Source: Pristiophorus japonicus
Lineage: Eukaryota
Assembly: GCF_044704955.1 (NCBI RefSeq)
Contig: NC_091979.1
Span: 189,472,001 to 189,536,000 of the forward strand
Reading direction: 5' to 3'
Length of the DNA stretch: 64,000 bases
Under the pieces are notes generated by a model, which saw nothing but the letters and a program-made list of their open reading frames with translations, searched no databases and was not told the origin of the DNA. This document shows positions 13,740 through 27,075 of the stretch, in pieces. The number at the start of each line of letters is the position of its first letter. The first letter of the stretch is position 1. Position numbers and translations under genes: made by a program.

Positions 13740-13990
13740 AGGAGGAGGGGGGGAAAGAGAGGAGGAGGGGGGGAAAGAGAGGAGGAGGGGGGAAAGAGAG
13801 GAGGGGGAAAAGAGAGGAGGGGGGAAAGAGAGGAGGGGGGAAAGAGAGGAGGGGGGAAAGAGAGGAGGGGGGAAGAGAGGAGGGGGGAAAGAGAGGAGGG
13901 GGGAAAGAGAGGAGGGGGGGAAGAGAGGAGGGGGGGAAGAGAGGAGGGGGGGAAAGAGAGGAGGGGGGGAAGATGAGAGGGGGGGGGGGG
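13740..13990 (+). repeat. ~19-bp polypurine tandem repeat (GGGGGGAAAGAGAGGA-like)
   Basis: Repeated ggggggaaagagagga(gga) units, nearly pure G/A. Confidence 0.85.
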
Positions 13991-14184
13991 AGAGAAGAGA
14001 GGGGCGGGGGAGCGGAGTAGGGCGGGGGAGCGGAGGATGGAGCAACGTTAAACATATGAGCTTGCCCAGGTGGTCCCATCCTACTCACGTCTTGCCTCAA
14101 TCTCTTTGCTTTCCTGCTTCCCCAGCCCCCCACCCCCCCGAACATCTCCGAGACAGTCCCAAGGAACACTCGATGGCCTCAGGT

Positions 14185-14283
14185 ATCTTCCTTCTTGATG
14201 GTCACTTTTGGCAGCTCTTTCTCCCAATCTTGTTTGGCTTTCTGTTCCCACGATCTCCTGTCTCCGATGACGGACATTGCCGT
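14185..14283 (-). pseudogene. HYPK: Captured intronless fragment of huntingtin-interacting protein K
   Basis: TAMSVIGDRRSWEQKAKQDWEKELPKVTIKKED versus recalled human HYPK TAMSVIGDRRSREQKAKQEREKELAKVTIKKED (29/33); both R>W changes are CGG>TGG-type. Confidence 0.88.
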
Positions 14284-17200
14284 CTGTTCCCTCACAGGTT
14301 GCGGTGGGGAGCCCATTCGGCCATGGCTAGGAACGGCCTGCTTCGGGCACATCCTATAAAGCCTGGAGCATACACACATAGAATCTGGGGGTGAGGAGCT
14401 ACTGCACATGCGCGCACACTCTAGCGTGCATGTGCAGAGGTCCCGGCACTGTTTTCAGCGCCGGGACCTGGCTCCGCCCCCCACGCGTTCTCTAGTGCTG
14501 CGCCAGGGCCCTACATCGGTGCTGGTGCACCATTCTAACCATAGGTGCAAACTTGGGCCCTATATGGCGAGCGTTAAGAAATAGTCGAGGTGCCAATACA
14601 CTACTAGATGTATTCTATAGGCCACCAAATGGTGGGAAAAATATGGAGGAGCAAATTTGCAGAGAAATTACAGAGAGATGGAAGAACTATAGAGTAGTGA
14701 TAAAAGGGGACTTCAACTATCCTAATATAGACTGGGATAATAATAGTGTAAAGGGCAGCGAGGGGGAAGAATTTATGAAGTGTGATCAGTATGTATCCGG
14801 CCCAACGGGAAGGAGGCATTGCTGGATCTGGTTCTGAGGAATGAGGTAGGTCAAGTGGAGCAAGTGTCAGTAAGCGAACATAGTATCAGAAGGTTTAGAT
14901 TAGCTATGGAAAAGGACAGGGAGCAATCTGGAGTAAAATTACTTAATTGGAGGAAGGCAGATTTCAGTGGGATGAGAACGGATCTGGCCCGGATAAATTT
15001 GAATCAAAGATTGGCAGGCAAAATTGTAGTGGAACAATGGGCTGCCTTTAAAGAGGAAATAGTTTGGTGCAGTCGAAGTACATTCCCACTAAGGGGAAAG
15101 GTAGGGCAACCAAAGCTAGAGCTCCCTGGATGACGAAAGAGATAGAGTAAGATGAAGCAGAAAAAGAACACATATGACAGATGTCAGGCGAGAATACATC
15201 TGATGATCAGGCTAAATATAGGAAGTTCAGAGAAGTAAAAAAGCAAGAGCGGGGTATGAGAATAAAACGGCAGCTAGCATAAAAGGTAATCCAAAAGTCT
15301 TCCATAGGCATATAAATAGTAGATAGGTAGTAAGAGGAGAGGTGGGGTTGATTTTGGACCAAAAAGGAGACCTACGCACGGAGGCAGAGGGTATGGCTGA
15401 GGTACTAAATGAGTAATTGCATCGGTCTTCACAAAGGAAGATGCTGCCATAAACATAGTGAAGGAGATACTGGATGGGATAAGAATTGATAAAGACGAGG
15501 TACTCAAAAAGCTGGCTGGATTTAAAGTAGATAAGTCACCAAGACCGGATGGAATGCATCCTATGACGCTGAGGGAAGTGAAGGAAGAAATCACGGAGGT
15601 ACTGGCCATAACCTTCCAATCCTCCTTAGAAACAGGGGCGGTGCCAAAGGACTGGAAAATTGCAAATGTTAGTTACACTCTTGTTCAAAAAAAGGTATAA
15701 AAATAAACCCAGCAACTATAGGTCAGTCAATTTAACCTCGGTAGTAGGGAAGCTTTCAGAAACAATAATCAGGGATAAAATAAACAAACAGTCACTTGGA
15801 CAAGTGTGGGTTAATTAAGGAAAGCCAGCACAATTTGTTAAAGGCAAATGGTGTTTAACCAACTTAATCGAGTTTTTTGACGAGGGCAATGCGGTTGACA
15901 TGCTGTACATGAATTTCAAAAGGCGTTTGACAAAGTGTCATAATAGACTTACCAGCAAAGTTGAAGCCCATAGAATAAAAGGGACAGTGGCAGCATGGAT
16001 ACAAAATTAGCTAAGTGACAGGAAACAGAGAGTAGTGAACCGTTGTTTTTCGGACTGGAGGCAGGACCCCAGGGGTCAGTACTCGGACCATTGCATTTCT
16101 TGATATATATTAATGACTTGGATGAGGGTGTACAGGGCACAATTTCAAAATTTGCAGATGGCACAAAACTTTGAAATAGTGAACAGTGAGGAGGATAGTG
16201 AGGAAACTTCAAGGAGGACATAGACAGGCTGGTGGAATGAGCAGACACATGGCAGATGAAATTTAATGCAGAAAAGTGTGAAGTGATACATTTTGGTAGA
16301 AAGAATGAGGAGAGGAAATATAAACTAAAGGGTACAATCCGAAAGAGGAACAGAGAGACCTAGGGGTATATGTGCACAAATCGTTGAAGGTGGCAGTGCA
16401 GGTTGAGAAAGCAGTTTAAAAAGCACACGGAATCCTGGGTTTCATGAATAGAGATATAATAGTACAAAAGTCTGAAAATTATGATGAACCTGTATTAAAC
16501 ACTGGTTCGTCCTCAACTGGAGTTTTTTTTATCCAATTCTGGACACCGCACTTTAGGAAGGATGTGAAGGCCTTGGAGAGGGTGCAGCAAAGATTTACAA
16601 GAATTATTCCAGGGATGAGGTACTTCAGTTACATGGATAGACTGGAGAACCTAGGTTGTTCTCCTCGGAGCAGAGATAGGTGTTCAAAATCATGAGTCGT
16701 CGAGACAGAGCTGATAGAGAGAAACTGTTCCCATTGACAGAAGGGTCGAGGAAACAGAGGACACAGATTTAAGGTGAGTGGCAAAAGAACCAAGGCGACA
16801 TAAGAAAAACTTTTTTACACAGCGTGTGCTTAGGATCTGGAATGCACTGCCTGAAAGGGTGTCGGAGGCAGACTCGATCACAGCTTTCAAAAGGGAGTGG
16901 GATAAATACCTGAAAGAAAAATATTGCAGGGTTACGGGGAAAGGGTGGGACTAGCTGAGGTGCTTTTGCAGAGAGCTGGCATGGGCTCAAAGGGCCGAAT
17001 GGCCTTTTTCCATGCTGGAATCATTGTATGATGGTCAGACAAACATACTTTTTGCCAATAAATACATTTCATCAATATGAAGGAATCATAGTGTGAAGGG
17101 TTACACAGTATTCCCAATATACAAATACAGATATTTGCATATCATCAAACAACACGGCATACAACCTTTGGAGGAAGGTTGCAAAATCCAAAAAAGCTAG

Positions 17201-20200
17201 CAATAACTAACTTTTAAATAGTAATAGCAAAGTAAAAAATATTTTACTTTTGTGTGGTAGGTCAATATAAAACATTCATACCAGGTATATTGAAATGCAA
17301 AATTCCAATTTGAGGAAATCTGGCAGCTCAAGGTCCAAGTCCAAGGTGAAGAAGAATATGAACTGTTATTTGTGCAGCACAACTTCATTAAAAAAGTAAA
17401 AGATGAATATTTTATTGAAGGCACTGAATTTTTGCAGAGATACAGTTCTGCAGCCTGTGTTTTGGTCCATCAAGATGTTTAGCCAATGAGAATATTCTAG
17501 TAATACACCTTTAAAATGACCCCTCATCCCTATGTTCGAATGTTATAAGTCTCTCTGATTTCAGAACAGCAGTATAATCTTGCAGTAAAAGTGTAAATTG
17601 TTAGTCCTGGTCCTACTCCCCCCCCATTCACAGTCATGTAAAAAAAAGGTTATGTTTTGATTTGTAAGAAGTACGAGTCTGATTAAAGATACTACTTTTT
17701 GCTAGCAGCCCAAGTAGCAACAGCTTGGAAGAGTAAATACAAAATGTACCATCACAATTCAGGGACCAGTGCATTCTAATTACCGTGATCTCGACTAAAT
17801 GCTGGGCTTTCTCGCAACACTTCAAATTTGCAAAAAGGTAGCTCCCATAAACATACCCGCGTCTCTTATACACTGAAAAGTACACCTTTATGCTTCGCAT
17901 CAATGGAATAGCATATCTTAAGATTAACAATTGGCCTTTTATGACATTATTACATCCAAAACTACATGAACTGCCCCCACATTCTCCTGTCCCTCTGGAA
18001 AGACAGTAAATATACCAGGCCAAAAAAAACTAGTCAAACTTATTTCAAATAAGATAATTACACAGAACTAGAAAATGCTCTGCAAGAAACTAATGTTTCA
18101 ATGTTTTACTTACACAATAATTGAAGTGTTACAAAATCAAAGAACAGCCCTAAATCTTTGTAGTTTTATCCACATCCTTTGAACAGGGTTAGTGATGAGT
18201 GATGCACTCTACAGAGCCCTTTCTTAGCTGCCACTGGAAATGGCAAGTCAAAACATAGAATTGCACTCCTTAAAGAAACCCTACATCTCTTACCCAATGA
18301 TCTGGAATTCAAAAGGCAGGTTCCTCTGAAGGTCAAATCCATTCTTCAGAATGGTCAGACAGTTAAAATTATTACAGGTGTTAATCTCAAGACAGTTGCC
18401 TTCCTTTTTAAAATGTCCTCCAGTTTAAGCTTAACATTGCTAAGAAAACAAGTCATCGCTTGCTACAATTAACTGGTGAATATAGGCAATTTCACCACTC
18501 CAGAGAACTGGCTAAGATTAACGTGGAGATGTCCTGACAGTTTTATATATTGGCTTTCTTCCGCACCTCTTAACACCAAGACAAAGAAATTACAGCTAGC
18601 ATGTCATTTCAATTCACATTTTTCTTTACTATATCATTTTTAATATTACATAAAATAAATATTTTTGTTTTGACACACGATGAAGCTTTGCTTCCACCAT
18701 ACTTATTATTGTTCACATTTCTGAGACCACAAAAATGTTGCATCTGTCTTCAAGCTTCACTTTGATTTTACCCATCATATGGCTCAGTCGGAAAGAGATC
18801 ACATGCTTCTGTAGGTCTAGAAATTTCTGTTTGAAATGCAAACTTATTTTGCTTGTTCCAGGTATTACAGTACTGCATTGTCGGTTAGGAAACGGCTAAG
18901 AAATCAAGCTAATGAGCAGAAACAATACAACAGAAGACCAGCAGCATTAAAAAGATCTTATGACTCCATAAGTACCAAGAACTTGCCAAAACACCAATCT
19001 AGTTAATTGAAAAATCATAATACGTTAAGCCAACTGTACTTTGCAGCCTTTAAACTAATATTTTACTTCAGTTTCAGCATCCCCGTTGCTATTTTCTGGA
19101 GAGGCTGGGAACTAAAACAAAACACTGAAGCATCATCATTCATCAACCAGCTTCAAAAGGAATGGTAAAGACACCAGTTCCAATTTCAACCAGAAATCAA
19201 TATTTTTCCTTCAAAAATAAATGATTGGAAGTTCTGAGAAATATTTGAGGATACAGCCTTGAAGAGTTTTATGCCATTGCATTCATTCAATGACAAATTT
19301 ACTGTCAACAATTAACTGCTTCACTCAAAAGGGTAATACTGGCCATCATGTATAGCAGTGAGCATGAGCACGCCCGCTATAAGGGGTGGAGAGGACTGTA
19401 CATGCTGACTGCTGAAAACGTTAATATTTTACAGTGAAAACTTGAGGCAGCATTCGTAGTGATGGCCCAGGTGCCAATGATTACAACGCTCACAGCAGGC
19501 TTTAAAGTTGTAGTCTGGCACTTTTGTTTGGCTTCTTAGTGTGAATATATCCAGTTGAAAGGATATTACTTCAAGGACATGCAATGTGACTTGACAGCTG
19601 GTGGGGCCTGACCATCAATTGCTCATGTGGTGGCATCAATTTCCTAGCTTTAACACTAAATCGCTCCCAGCATCTTTCTATTCTACCATCTTCTGAATCT
19701 ATAATACAAATAAAACTACAACTGCGTGACACGTGTTAGCCTGCTGTGTGCTGAACTTCATTTTGTAATAACACCTTCCTGTAGGTCACTGCTATTCTTG
19801 TCCCAACAGCTGTAATGCTTTTATAAAATAAACTTCAGAAAAAATTTATACAAAGCACATCTGTTGGGATGAATTCAAAAGCCATTTCAGACTCGCCTAT
19901 CAGGGTTTGAATGAAGACAAGCCAGAGTACTAACTGCTGTATGCTGAGAAAGTGCAGACCCTATAACTGCCACTGAAAAGCTGCAAATTGGACATACATG
20001 TCAAAACGTGACATTCCTTAATCTGTAGCTCTGAGATATCATTCACTTTGAAGGTTGCACCTGTATATCACCTCTGAAGCCCAAGTTGTCTTTCTCTCAA
20101 CGCCAATGTCAACCCTTGGGCCTTGATCTTGACCATTTCACCCCCAAAATGCTTGACCATTTGCACAGCTTTAAATGCTGATAACAGCATAGTGCCCTCC

Positions 20201-20826
20201 CAAAATAAGATTCCTACTTGGAACCCAGCTGAGATGGTGAAGTGCATTTTATTTCAACACCACTGAAGACTACTTCCATCTTGTCAAAAGGAAAAAATAT
20301 TCGAACCCACTGTATGACCCAATTTTTATTTCTTCTTTTCACTCCTCCAATTTTCCCTGAGTCCACTTCTCTCCGCTCTTGTAGACAATGACTGATCTTG
20401 GAGCTCAACAGCCCTCCAGGACCTAACAAAGCATCCATTTAAGTATGAGAATGGATGGACAGTAAGTGTTTTTTTCCAAGAGAGTCATCATAGCCAAGAG
20501 CAAGACTATAGTCACACATTCACTGATTATGGCTGCAAATATGATACTTGCAGTGTAGCTGATATTTATTTTCCACGGACTATGAACACATAAAACCTAC
20601 TGTAACACACCCACTGAATTGCAACACATACCCAAACTGAGTTTGGCCATTTTGGAACAGACCACAGATCACACTTAGGACTTTCTTGGTCTATGTCAAT
20701 CACAATCATACCACGCAGCTTATTGACCAATGAGCCTTTAGAACGCCATGTTTTTAAACTGTATTCTTTTACATTCCCCTTCTTCCTTACTTAATCTTTG
20801 AACAACAATTACATTGAAATCCTTTT

Positions 20827-23800
20827 ACATAGAAACATAGAAAATAGGTGCAGGAGTAGACCATTCGGCCCTACGAGCCTGCACCACCATTCAATAAGGT
20901 CATGGCTGATCATTCACTCAGTACCCCTTTCCTGCTTTCTCTTCATACCCCTTGATCCCCTTAGCCGTAAGGGCCATATCTCACTCCCTCTTGAATATAT
21001 CCAATGAACTGGCATCAACAACTCTCTGCGCAGGGAATTGCACAGATTAACAACCCTCTGAGTGAAGAAGTTTCTCCTCATCTCGGTCCTAAATGGCCTA
21101 CCCCTTATCCTTAGACTGTGTCCCCTGGTTCTGGACTTCCCAACATCGGGAACATTCTACACGGATCTAACCTGTCCAGTCCCATCAGAATCTTATATGT
21201 TTCTGTGTTATCCCCTCTCATCCATCTAAACTCCAATGTATAAAGGCCCAGATGATTCAGTTTATCCTCATATGTCAGTCCTGCCATCCACGGAATTAGC
21301 TTGGATGATGTGGAATCTATATGGGTAGAGCTGCAGAACACGAAAGGGCAAAAAACGTTAGTGGGAGTTGTGTACAGACCTCCAAACAGTAGTGATGTTG
21401 GGGAGGGCATCAAACAGGAAATTAGGGGTGCATGCAATAAGGGTGCAGCAGTTATAATGGGTGACTTTAATATGCACATAGATTGGGCTAACCAAACTGG
21501 TGGTGGAGGATTTCCTGGAGTGCATAAGGGATGGTTTTCTAGACCAATATGTCGAGGAACCAACTAGGGGGGAGGCCATCTTAGACTGGGTGTTGTGTAA
21601 TGAGAGAGGATTAATTAGCAATCTCGTTGTGCGAGGCCCCTTGGGGAAGAGTGACCATAATATGGTGGAATTCTGCATTAGGATGGAGAATGAAACAGTT
21701 AATTCAGAGACCATGGTCCAGAACTTAAAGAAGGGTAACTTTGAAGGTATGAGGCGTGAATTGGCTAGGATAGATTGACGAATGATACTTAAGGGGTCGA
21801 CTGTGGATGGGCAATGGCAGACATTTAGAGACCGCATGGATGAACTACAACAATTGTACATTCCTGTCTGGCGTAAAAATAAAAAAGGGAAGGTGGCTCA
21901 ACCGTGGCTATCAAGGGAAATCAGGGATAGTATTAAAGCCAAGGAAGTGGCATACAAATTGGCTAGAAATAGCAGCGAACCCGGAGACTGGGAGAAATTT
22001 AGAACTCAGCAGAGGAGGACAAAGGATTTGATTAGGGCAGGGAAAATGGAGTAAACATTTGCAGGAAACATTAAGACGGATTGCAAAAGTTTCTATAGAT
22101 ATGTAAAGAGAAAAAGGTTAGTAAAGACAAACGTAGGTCCCCTGCAGTCAGAATCAGGGGAAGTCATAACGGGGAACAAAGAAATGGCGGACCAATTGAA
22201 CAAGTACTTTGGTCACTAAGGAGGACACTAACAACCTTCCGGATATAAAAGGGGTCAGAGGGTCTAGTAAGGAGGAGGAACTGAGGGAAATCCTTATTAG
22301 TCGGGAAATTGTGTTGGGGAAATTGATGGGATTGAAGGCCGATAAATCCCCAGGGCCTGATGGACTGCATCCCAGAGTACTTAAGGAGGTAGCCTTGGAA
22401 ATAGCGGATGCATTGACAGTCATTTTCCAACATTCCATTGACTCTAGATCAGTTCCTATCGAGTGGAGGGTAGCCAATGTAACCCCACTTTTTAAAAAAA
22501 GGAGGGAGAGAGAAAACAGGGAATTATAGACCGGTCAGCCTGACATCGGTAGTGGGTAAGATGATGGAATCAATTATTAAGGATGTCATAGCAGCGCATT
22601 TGGAAAGAGGTGACATGATAGGTCCAAGTCAGCATGGATTTGTGAAAGGGAAATCATGCTTGACAAATCTTCTGGAATTTTTTGAGGATGTTTCCAGTGG
22701 AGTGGACAAGGGAGAACCATTTGATGTGGTATATTTGGACTTTCAGAAGGCTTTCGACAAGGTCCCACACAAGAGATTAATGTGCAAAGTTAAAGCACAT
22801 GGGATTGGGGGTAGTGTGCTGACATGGATTGAGAACATGGTTGTCAGACAGGAAGCAAAGAGTAGGAGTAAATGGGTACTTTTCAGAATGGCAGGCGGTG
22901 ACTAGTGGGGTACCGCAAGGTTCTGTGCTGGGGCCCCAGCTGTTTACACTGTACATTAATGATTTAGACGAGGGGATTAAATGTAGTATCTCCAAATTTG
23001 CGGACGACACTAAGTTGGGTGGCAGTGTGAGCTGTGAGGAGGATGCTATGAGGCTGCAGAGCGACTTGGATAGGTTAGGTGAGTGGGCAAATGCATGGCA
23101 GATGAAGTATAATGTGGATAAATGTGAGGTTATCCACTTTGGTGGTAAAAACAGAGAGACAGACTATTATCTGAATGGTGACAGATTAGGAAAAGGGGAG
23201 GTGCAACGAGACCTGGGTGTCATGGTACATCAGTCATTGAAGGTTGGCATGCAGGTACACAGCAGGCGGTTAAGAAAGCAAATGGCATGTTGGCCTTCCT
23301 AGTGAGAGGATTTGAGTACAGGGGCAGGGAGGTGTTGCTACATTTGTACAGGGCCTTGGTGAGGCCACACCTGGATTATTGTGTACAGTTTTGGTCTCCT
23401 AACCTGAGGAAGGACATTCTTGCTATTGAGGGAGTGCAGTGAAGGTTCACCAGACTGATTCCCGGGATGGCGGGACTGACCTATCAAGAAAGACTGGATC
23501 AACTGGGCTTGTATTCACTGGAGTTCAGAAGAATGAGAGGAGACCTCATAGAAACGTTTAAAATTCTGATATGTTTAGACAGGTTAGATGCAGGAAGAAT
23601 GTTCCCAATATTGGGGAAGTCCAGAACCAGGGGTCACAGTCTAAGGATAAGGGGTAAGCCATTTAGGACCGAGATGAGGAGAAACTTCTTCACCCAGAGA
23701 GTGGTGAACCTGTGGAATTCTCTACCACAGAAAGTTGTTGAGGCCAATTCACTAAATATATTCAAAAAGGAGTTAGATGAAGTCCTTACTACTAGGGGGA

Positions 23801-25905
23801 TCAAGGGGTATGGCGAGAAAGCAGGAATGGGGTACTGAAGTTGCATGTTCAGCCATGAACTCATTGAATGGCAGTGCCGGCTAGAAGGGCCGAATGGCCT
23901 ACTCCTGCACCTATTTTCTATGTTTCTATGAATCAGTCTGGTGAAATTTCGCTGCACTCCCTCAATAGCAAGAACGTCCTTCTTCAGATTAGGAGACCAA
24001 AACTGAACACAATATTCCAGATGAGGCCTCACTAAGGCCCTGTACAAATGTAGCAAGACCTTCATACTTCTATACTCAAATCCCCCAGCTATGAAGGCCA
24101 ACATACCATTTGCCTTCTTCACCGCCTGCTGTACCTACATGCCAGCTTTCAATGACTGATGAACCATGACACCCAGGTCTTGTTGCACCTCCCCTTTTCC
24201 TAATCTGCCACCATTCAGGTAATATTCTGCCTTTGTGTTTTTGCCCCCAAAATGGATAACCTCACATTTATCCACATTATACTGCATCTGCCATGCATTT
24301 GCCCACTCACCTAACCTGTCCAAGTCACCCTGCAGCTTCTTAGCGTCCTCCTCACAGCTCACACCGCCACCCAGTTTAGTGTCATCTGCAAACTTGGAGA
24401 TATTACACTCAATTCCTTTATCTAAATCGTTAATGTATATTGTAAAGAGCTGGGGTCCCAGCAATGAGCCCTGCGGCACTCCACTAGTCACTGCCTGCCA
24501 TTCTGGAAAGGATCCGTTTATCCCGACTCTCTGCTTCCTCTCTATCCACATCAGTATATTATCCCCAATACCATGCGCTTTGATTTTGCACACCAATCTC
24601 TTGTGCGGGACCTTGTCAAAAGCCTTTTGAAAGTCCAAATACACCACATCCACTGGTTCTCCCTTGCCTACTATACTGGTTACATCCTCAAAAAATTCCA
24701 GAAGATTCGTCAAGCATGATTTCCCTTTCATAAATCCATGCTGACTTGGACCGATCCTGTCACTGCTTTCCAAATGCGCTGCTATTTCATCCTTAATGAT
24801 TGATTCCAACATTTTCCCCACTATTGATGTCAGGCGAACCGGTCTATAATTACCCGTTTTCTCTCTCCCTCCTTTTTTAAAAAGTGGGATTACATTAGCT
24901 TCCCTCCAGTCCATAGGAACTGATCCACAGTCGACAGACTGTTGGAAAATGATCACCAATGCATCCACTATTTCTAGGGCCACTTCCTTAAGTACTCTGG
25001 GATGCAGACTATCAGGCCCCGGGGATTTATCGGCCTTCAATCCCATCAATGTCCCTAACACAATTTCCCGCCTAATAAGGATATCCTTCAGTTCCTCCTT
25101 CTCACTAGACCCACTGTCCCCTAGTACATTCGGAAGGTTATTTGTGTCTTCACTCGTGAAGTATTTGTTCAATTGGTCTGCCATTTCTTTGCTCCCCATT
25201 ATAGATTCACCTGAATCCGACTGCAAGGGACCTACGTTTGTCTTCACTAATTTTTTCTCTTCACATATTTATAGAAGCTTTTGCAGTCAGTTTTTATGTT
25301 CCCTGCAAGCTTCCTCTCGTACTCTATTTTCCCCCTCTTAATTAAACCCTTAGTCCTCCTCTGTTGAATTTTAAATTTCTCCCAGTCCTCAGGTTTGTTG
25401 CTTTTTCTAGCCAATTTATATGCCTCTTCCTTGGTTTTAACACTATCCTTAATTTCCCTTGTTAGCCACGGTTGAGCCACCTTCCCAGTTTTATTTTTAC
25501 TCCAGACAGTGATGTACAATTGCTAAAGTTCATCCGTATGATCATTAAATGTTAGCCATTGCTTATTTACCGTCAACCCTTTAAGTATCCTTTGCCAGTC
25601 TATTCTAGCCAATTCATGCCTCATACCGTCAAAGTTACCTTTCATTAAGTTCAGGATCCTAATTTCCGAATTAACTGTGTCACTCTCCATCTTAATAAAG
25701 AATTCTACCATATTATGGTCACTCTTCCTCAAGGGGCCTCGCACAACAAGATTGCTAATTAGTCTCTTCTCATTACACATCACCCAGTCTAGGATGGCCA
25801 GCTCTAGTTGGTTCCTCGACATATTGATCAAAAAAACCATCCCTAATACACTCCAGGAAATTCTCCTCCACCGCATTACTACCAGTTTGGTTAGCCCAAT
25901 CAATA
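20827..25905 (-). mobile_element. CR1 LINE (EN-RT ORF2, AGAAACAT-type tail), interrupted by 21298-23929
   Basis: Tail at 20827; ORF 24135..25247 with YLDFQKAFDKV and KFADD; sequence resumes at gaatcagtctggtg (23930). Confidence 0.93.
21298..23929 (+). mobile_element. CR1 LINE, 5'-truncated, inserted antisense into another CR1
   Basis: VYRPPN, GDFN, SDHN, KFADD, tttctatgtttctat tail; GAAT flanks both ends. Confidence 0.94.
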
Positions 25906-27075
25906 TTCCAGGTGAGGCCTCACCAAGACCCTGTACAACTGCAGTAAGACCTCCCTGCTCCTATACTTAAATCCCCTAGCTATGAAGGCCAACATACCAT
26001 TTGCCTTCTTCACCGCCTGCTGTACCTGTATGCCAACTTTCAACGACTAATGAACCATGACACCCAGTTCTCGTTGCACCTGCCCTTTTCCTAATCTGCT
26101 GCCATTCAGATAATATTCTGTCTTCGTGTTTGTGCCCCCAAAGTGGATAACCTCACATTTATCCATATTATACTGCATCTGCCATTCATTTGTCCAAGTC
26201 ACCCTGCAACCTCCTAGAGTCTCCCTCACAGCTCACACCGCCACCCAGTTTAGTGTCATCTGCAAACTTGGAGATATTACACTCAATTCCTTCATCCAAA
26301 TCATTGATATATATTGTATAGTGCTGGGGTCCTAGCACGGAGCCTTGCGGCACTCCACTAGTCATCTGAAAAGATCCCGTTTATCCCGACTCTCTGCTTC
26401 CTGTCTGCCAACCAGTTTCTCTGTCCACATCAGTATTTTACCCCCAATACCATGTGCTTTGATTTTGCACACCAATCTCTTGTGTGGGACCTTGTCAAAA
26501 GCTTTTTGAAAGTCCCAATACACCACATTCACTGGTTCTCCCTTGTCCACTCTACTCGTTACATCCTCAAAAAATTCCAGAAGATTTGTCAAGCATGATT
26601 TCCCCTTCATAAATCCATGCTGAGTTGGACCGATCCTGTCATTGCTTTCTAAATGTGTTGCTATTTCATCCTTAATAATTGATGCCATCATTTTCCCCAC
26701 TACTGATGTCAAGCTAACCGGTCAAAAATTACCCGCTTTCTCTCTCCCTCCCTTTTTAAAAAGTAGGGTTACATTAGCTACCCTCCAGTCCATAGGAACT
26801 GATCCAGAGTCAATAGACTGTTTGAAAATGATCACCAATGCATCCACTATTTCTAGGGCCACTTCCTTAAGTACTCTGGGATGCAGACTATCAGGCCCCG
26901 GGGATTTATCGGCCTTCAATCCCATCAATGTCCCTAACACAATTTCCCGCCTAATAAGGATATCCTTCAGTTCCTCCTCACGAGACCCACTGTCCCCCTA
27001 GTACTTCCGGAAGGTTATTTGTGTCTTCCTTCGTGAAGACAGAACCAAAGTATTTGTTCAATTGCTCTGCCATTT
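25902..27075 (-). mobile_element. CR1 RT fragment lacking its 3' end
   Basis: ORFs 26362..26712 and 26722..26940 carry CR1 RT motifs. Confidence 0.9.

Larger units (their letters stand above)
11384..14560. mobile_element. Harbinger-type MITE (family A-related) carrying a minisatellite and a HYPK fragment
   Basis: TIR-like ends gggggcaggtttccac / gtgcaaacttgggccc, TSD TAT at 11381-83 and 14561-63; 14395-14480 matches 3931-4020 of copy 1. Confidence 0.88.
10761..17030 (+). mobile_element. Decayed CR1 LINE (ORF1 esterase C-terminus + ORF2 EN/RT), split by the MITE at 11384-14560
   Basis: SKVVISGLFPVPRASEYRNRRIEQMNVWLER (ORF1-like), YRPPN, GDFNYP, DKSPRPDGMHP, KFADG; ESIW codons (gaatctatatgg) rejoin across the MITE. 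Confidence 0.9.

Noticed and set aside
11754-14394. Five 570-765 aa Pro- or Gly-rich ORFs
   Set aside because: Artefacts of a stop-free 25-bp minisatellite read in all frames.
14179-14409. Functional HYPK gene
   Set aside because: Only 33 internal codons match; the rest is MITE sequence followed by a stop.
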